Shown one piece after another: positions 59,870 through 64,000 of a stretch of DNA of 64,000 nucleotides. The notes beneath the pieces were generated by a model, which saw nothing but the letters and a program-made list of their open reading frames with translations, searched no databases and had not been told where the DNA came from. The position numbers and the translations under genes were made by a program. The stretch spans positions 96,001-160,000 of the forward strand of contig CAWDPO010000025.1 in assembly GCA_963804165.1 (NCBI GenBank), read 5' to 3'. The stretch comes from an uncultured delta proteobacterium (GTDB taxonomy: Bacteria > Desulfobacterota > Binatia > UBA9968). The stretch's first letter is position 1. Each line of letters begins with the position of its first letter.

Positions 59870-61858
59870 TCACTCTTGCACCGAGAATCCTGGCCAGGTC
59901 CGGTCTCGGATGGCAAAGGCGGCATCCGTTACAACCGGATTTTCCACGAACAGGTAATGCAGCGCTTGCATGCCCAATACGATTCCAGCGAGAGTGTCGA
60001 TCAAAATAAAGGCCCGCTTCGGCAGCCATTTCCAATACTGGAGCACGTGGCGAATAAATGCCGGGCGGAATAAGCCTGTGGAGCGCAGGCGTTCAGGCGA
60101 TAAAAATTCACGGAAGAGCCGCGTTCCCTCGGCCGTTTGCGAGAAGCTAAGCCAGTTGGGCGAAAGAAAAGGATACTTGTGGGTGCCGGCCACGACCGGC
60201 GGAAGCAGATCGGCGAAGGCTGCGCGCAACAAAAGTTTTTCCATTAACGCGTCGATATCCATGAAATGTGACGGTGCCACGGTGGATGCGAACTCGATTA
60301 AATCGCGGTCGAGGAAAGGCGTCCGGCATTCAACTGAATTGGCCATTTCAACCCGGTCGCCGAGACAGGGAATAATGTAACTGACCAGTTGGTTGAAAGT
60401 GATCAGCTTGGTGGCGTTGAAGGGATCGAGTTGAGAAAGCTGTTCCGGCGGAAACTCGGACAGGAAATAGTCGTTGGGAGTCCGATAGCTCGCGCGTTCA
60501 ACGGCTTCGGGAGTGAAGATCCATTTCATGCCGCGGGTGCTGTCGACCGCGCGCATTTGCTGAAAACTGGGATAACCGAAAACGAGGTCGAGCTTGCGCC
60601 AACCGTTACTCCGGTTCCACAGAATGCCTTCCGATGGGGTCTCAAGCTTTTTGAACCGTTTCCAGAGTGCGCGCCCCTGGCGAGCTTGCTCGCCTCCGGC
60701 CAGCAGCATGCGCCAGATTTTTTCTAGTTTAAAGTAAGCGTAGCCGCCGAAGACTTCGTCCGAACCTTCTCCGGTGAGGCAGACCTTGTAACCCTTGGAG
60801 CGTACCAGCCGGGAGAGCACCTGCTTGGCGATGGAATTGGGATTGGCGATCGGCTGTTCAATGTGAAAGATCGTTTTGAGAAAATTCTCGGCCAACACGT
60901 CATTGCTGCAGTCGATGGCCTCGAACTGGGCGCCGTAATGAGCGGCGGTTTGCCGGGCGGCATCCGTTTCGTCATAGATCGTCTTGCCGAAGCCGACGCT
61001 GAAGGCCTTAAGTTTTGAGGTTCGAGCCGCCGTCAGGCCGCAAACCAATGTGGAGTCCAACCCGCCACTTAGATACGTGCCGACGGGAACGTCCGCGACC
61101 ATCCGGCGTTCCACGGCGCGAGTGAATAACCGGCGAACCTCGTCCTTGGCCTCAGCAAAAGAAATGGCGGGATTTGTTTTGAAAGTCGGCTGCCAGTAGG
61201 ACACCTCGCGCGAGCGGGCCTCGGATTCGACGATAAGGAAATGTCCCGTGTTCAGATTGTGGATTCCTTCAAAAGAAGAGATCGCGCGCGGGAACACGCC
61301 TAGCAGGGGGCCGACCATGTAGTCCGGGTTGATGCTCCGAGGCACCCGTTTCAGCGCGAAGATCCCCTTGACCTCGGAACTGATCAGGATTTCCTTTTCG
61401 GTTTCCCAATAAAAAAGCGGCTTAACCCCGCAGCGGTCGCGCGCAGCCAAAAGCCGATGATTGCGGGCATCCCATAGGATAAAGGCGAATTCTCCATTGA
61501 GCCGGTGGATAAAATCCATGCCATGCTGCTCGTAGAGATGAACGATAACTTCCGTGTCCGAATGGGTGCGGAAACGGTGGCCCTGGTCGATCAGTTCTTC
61601 GCGCAGCTGTTTGTAGTCGTAAATTTCCCCATTGAAAGTGATGCAGATAGCGCCGTCTTCGTTGTAGAGCGGCTGGTCTCCCTCCTGGAGGTCGATGATG
61701 CTCAGGCGAACATGGCCGAAGGCAAGGGCACCATTGTCGAGCAAGGCATAACCCGCGCCATCCGGTCCGCGGTGGCTGATCGCCGAACACATCCGCGTGA
61801 TGTCTTCGCGCTCGGCAGGGCTGCCATCCTTTCTCAGGATCATGTTAATGCCACACAT
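59870..61858 (-). CDS. asnB: Asparagine synthase (glutamine-hydrolysing) family amidotransferase
   Basis: MCGI, HRGPD, RLSIID, NGEIY, YLSGGLDS, TGEGSDE, DRVEMANSVECRTPFLD. Confidence 0.92.
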   Translation of the reverse strand: MCGINMILRKDGSPAEREDITRMCSAISHRGPDGAGYALLDNGALAFGHVRLSIIDLQEGDQPLYNEDGAICITFNGEIYDYKQLREELIDQGHRFRTHSDTEVIVHLYEQHGMDFIHRLNGEFAFILWDARNHRLLAARDRCGVKPLFYWETEKEILISSEVKGIFALKRVPRSINPDYMVGPLLGVFPRAISSFEGIHNLNTGHFLIVESEARSREVSYWQPTFKTNPAISFAEAKDEVRRLFTRAVERRMVADVPVGTYLSGGLDSTLVCGLTAARTSKLKAFSVGFGKTIYDETDAARQTAAHYGAQFEAIDCSNDVLAENFLKTIFHIEQPIANPNSIAKQVLSRLVRSKGYKVCLTGEGSDEVFGGYAYFKLEKIWRMLLAGGEQARQGRALWKRFKKLETPSEGILWNRSNGWRKLDLVFGYPSFQQMRAVDSTRGMKWIFTPEAVERASYRTPNDYFLSEFPPEQLSQLDPFNATKLITFNQLVSYIIPCLGDRVEMANSVECRTPFLDRDLIEFASTVAPSHFMDIDALMEKLLLRAAFADLLPPVVAGTHKYPFLSPNWLSFSQTAEGTRLFREFLSPERLRSTGLFRPAFIRHVLQYWKWLPKRAFILIDTLAGIVLGMQALHYLFVENPVVTDAAFAIRDRTWPGFSVQE

Positions 61859-62056
61859 GAGGTACGCCGTTGCTCTTCCGTGAGCGCCTATAAATTAACA
61901 GGCTTTTGTTTACCTATTTGGCCGATGGTCTACAGCTATCACTGACCAGATCTAGCACCATATGTTATAAAGACCCAACTCTCTGCTGACACCATGGAGT
62001 TATATAATTTTGCTTGGACGTCTCTTTCGATCAATCCCGCCGCTTAAGAGCGAATC

Positions 62057-62839
62057 ATGTCCGAGACCATTTTTCTGATTCATGGAATGTGGGCCGGGCC
62101 GTGGTGTTGGGAAAACTACAAACGCGTCTTCGAGCAGCAAGGCTACCAGTGTATTGCAGCAACTTTGCCTTTCCACGACATGGCTCCGGATGATGTTCCC
62201 GATCCTCGCCTGGGCACGAGCAGTCTCCTTGACTACGCCGCAGCCGTGGAACAGGAGATCAAACGAATTGGTTTGACGCCCATCGTGGTAGGGCATTCTA
62301 TGGGAGGACTGCTGGCGCAAATACTGGGAAGCCGCGGACTGGCTAAAGCTCTTGTACTGCTATCGCCCTCATCACCAGCGGGAATTATGGGCTTGAGGAT
62401 TTCGGTCATGAAGGGTTTCTGGAGTGCGCAAATCAAATGGGGCTTTTGGAAAAAGCCGATGCGCCAGACATTCGGCGAGGCGACCTACTCGATGTTGCAC
62501 CTGTGTCCGGTGAAAGACCAAAAGGAGATCTATGACAGATTCGTCTACGAATCCGGGCGGGCGGCATTCGAGACCGGATACTGGCTTTTTGACAGACACG
62601 GCGCGTCTAGGGTCGACGAATCTAAAGTGACTTGCCCGATGCTGGTTATTGCCGGCGCGCAGGACAGGATCACGCCTGTATCCGTCGTCCGGCGTGTGGC
62701 GAAAAAATACCAGGCTGTCGCCACCTATCGGGAGTTCGCAAATCATGCCCACTGGGTTGTCGCAGAGCCCGGGTGGCAGGAGATCGCAGAGTATGTGACG
62801 GCCTGGATAAAGCAAGTCCTCCCGGCAGGGAGCAAATGA
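62057..62839 (+). CDS. Alpha/beta hydrolase
   Basis: IHGMW, GHSMGG, QDRITP, HAHW. Confidence 0.88.
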   Translation: MSETIFLIHGMWAGPWCWENYKRVFEQQGYQCIAATLPFHDMAPDDVPDPRLGTSSLLDYAAAVEQEIKRIGLTPIVVGHSMGGLLAQILGSRGLAKALVLLSPSSPAGIMGLRISVMKGFWSAQIKWGFWKKPMRQTFGEATYSMLHLCPVKDQKEIYDRFVYESGRAAFETGYWLFDRHGASRVDESKVTCPMLVIAGAQDRITPVSVVRRVAKKYQAVATYREFANHAHWVVAEPGWQEIAEYVTAWIKQVLPAGSK

Positions 62840-63227
62840 GACTATCTGCGCATTGGTGTCCAACCACACACTATCGGGGTATTCGTTTTAGCTGTTTTCA
62901 CATTGGACTTTACTCGTCGTAGTTCTGGGTCGAACCGGAGTCTGGATTCTACGCAACGCTTAAGATGCGCGAACCAAGCGCAACGAACGGTTGCCGAATT
63001 CCAGTAGCCAGTCGATTTGACCCATCTCGGTTTATTGTTCATTGCGTCCATTGGTTTTGCCAAGCGTGACAGCTATGTCATCAATAATGCGTCATTTTGA
63101 CAATTCCTCCGGGGTTTTCCCGCTTCAAATGAAAATTTTTGCCAAATTCAATCCATCCTGCGGTGGCCTACGCCTTGCTTTATCGAAAACGTAAAGAGGA
63201 CGCCATCGTCTCTCCAGGAGGGCCAAG

Positions 63228-63401
63228 ATGTCTGAAGAAGTTATTTTAATGTTGCTGATTCTGTTCTGCATGGTCGGCGGGACGCGGCTAGCGATGGCTT
63301 TTGTGGAGAGCTTTAAGAAACGTCGAGTACAACGTCGCGTGGAGCAGGGGATTGCAGAATACCTGGCGAGATTTGGTCCGCACTTTGGAACGCGAAAATG
63401 A
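63228..63401 (+). CDS. 57-aa small membrane protein (absent from the ORF track)
   Basis: AGGAGG RBS; MSEEVILMLLILFCMVGGTRLAMAFVESFKKRRVQRRVEQGIAEYLARFGPHFGTRK*. Confidence 0.55.
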   Translation: MSEEVILMLLILFCMVGGTRLAMAFVESFKKRRVQRRVEQGIAEYLARFGPHFGTRK

Positions 63402-63523
63402 AAACTGTCGCAGGCAAGAATTGAGTTAAGTATGCATGCGATTGCGTTGGCGGTTAGGCGCGGGAATCGGATATTGCGCCGCTTGCCCCGCCCCGATTCC
63501 TTTGCGATTTAACCTTGCGCACG

Positions 63524-64000
63524 ATGGCGTTGTTGAATTCAGTCCAAATAGTTCTGTGGTCCATCTGGACACATCTTCTCATCCCCCACGCCAGCGCGTT
63601 CGCGATTTCGATCGTTGTTGGCGCAGTTGCTTATTTCCTCGCAAAAGTTAGAACAAAACGAGAATCGGAAATTCACAAGCTAAAAGCTCAAGTCGATGAT
63701 TTGAAGGAAGAATTGAGCTCCACGCTGGCGATGACGGGTACATTGATGATTGACCTAGGCGGGTCTGGACCCTTCACGCTGCCTTTACTCAATCAGCTCA
63801 CCTGGCTCGTTCCCGCCGAGGAAGACCAGATCCTAGCGGGATTTCGATCGGAGGATGGCAAGCGAATTTATGCGGGGATCACGTACAGTGCCGTCGCGCA
63901 ACTCATAAACGATCATGGCGCGGCGCCGTTAGCGAAGGCGACACTATCTCCATCGACTTCGGTTGATTTTACGCAGCCGGCCGATGCGTACGAACTGCCG
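63524..64000 (+). CDS. Hypothetical membrane-anchored coiled-coil protein, runs off the window
   Basis: Open for 159 codons: MALLNS...AFAISIVVGAVAYFL (TM), then KRESEIHKLKAQVDDLKEELSS. Confidence 0.6.
   Translation, partial: MALLNSVQIVLWSIWTHLLIPHASAFAISIVVGAVAYFLAKVRTKRESEIHKLKAQVDDLKEELSSTLAMTGTLMIDLGGSGPFTLPLLNQLTWLVPAEEDQILAGFRSEDGKRIYAGITYSAVAQLINDHGAAPLAKATLSPSTSVDFTQPADAYELP

Noticed and set aside
59870-61858. AsnB as a lasso-peptide cyclase
   Set aside because: It retains the N-terminal Cys glutaminase domain (MCGI, HRGPD); no B1/B2 proteins or precursor were seen

Overview
GC-rich bacterial chromosomal window. The gene repertoire (TctC/Bug-like and NMT1-like binding proteins, bicupin, orphan XDH subunit, carD, DUF1844-htrA, PBP1B with a UB2H domain) suggests a deltaproteobacterial-grade soil lineage such as Candidatus Binatia; this assignment is an inference only. 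From 0 to 8 kb there is an aromatic-catabolism operon (NahE-like hydratase-aldolase, cupin, SDR, TctC-like protein), sfsA and an orphan molybdo-hydroxylase large subunit. From 8 to 37 kb the genes are mostly core: pncA, cysQ-like, two Rieske proteins, HIT, gdh, efp, coaE, grxC, tRNA-Cys, a ferredoxin-membrane-Hsp20-like fusion, rimI, carD-ispD, larE-cysK, GT9, DUF1844-htrA, mrcB with an LpoP-like lipoprotein, tsaD, rsmA, mutM, MFS, SPFH/NfeD, GATase, SagB-like oxidoreductase and a degenerate MBL protein. From 37 to 64 kb is an accessory patchwork: SDR, a chromate transporter pair, a TIR-TM-stalk-Cys-rich receptor-like protein, EamA, GST, an SBP, rlpA, a second class A PBP, an ATP-grasp/AlkP/GT4/GT2 cluster, twin DUF1772 genes, an ABC permease, an RhlA/PhaG-like hydrolase, AsnB and gene remnants. 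The most interesting items are the Toll-like-receptor-topology TIR protein, the ferredoxin/Hsp20-like membrane fusion, an unannotated 88-bp diverged direct repeat bracketing a 9.9-kb envelope module, and a promoter-to-terminator structured RNA before DUF1844-htrA. Several single-base frameshifts look like assembly errors. I saw no CRISPR array, rRNA, integrase or transposase. All calls were made by eye, without database searches.
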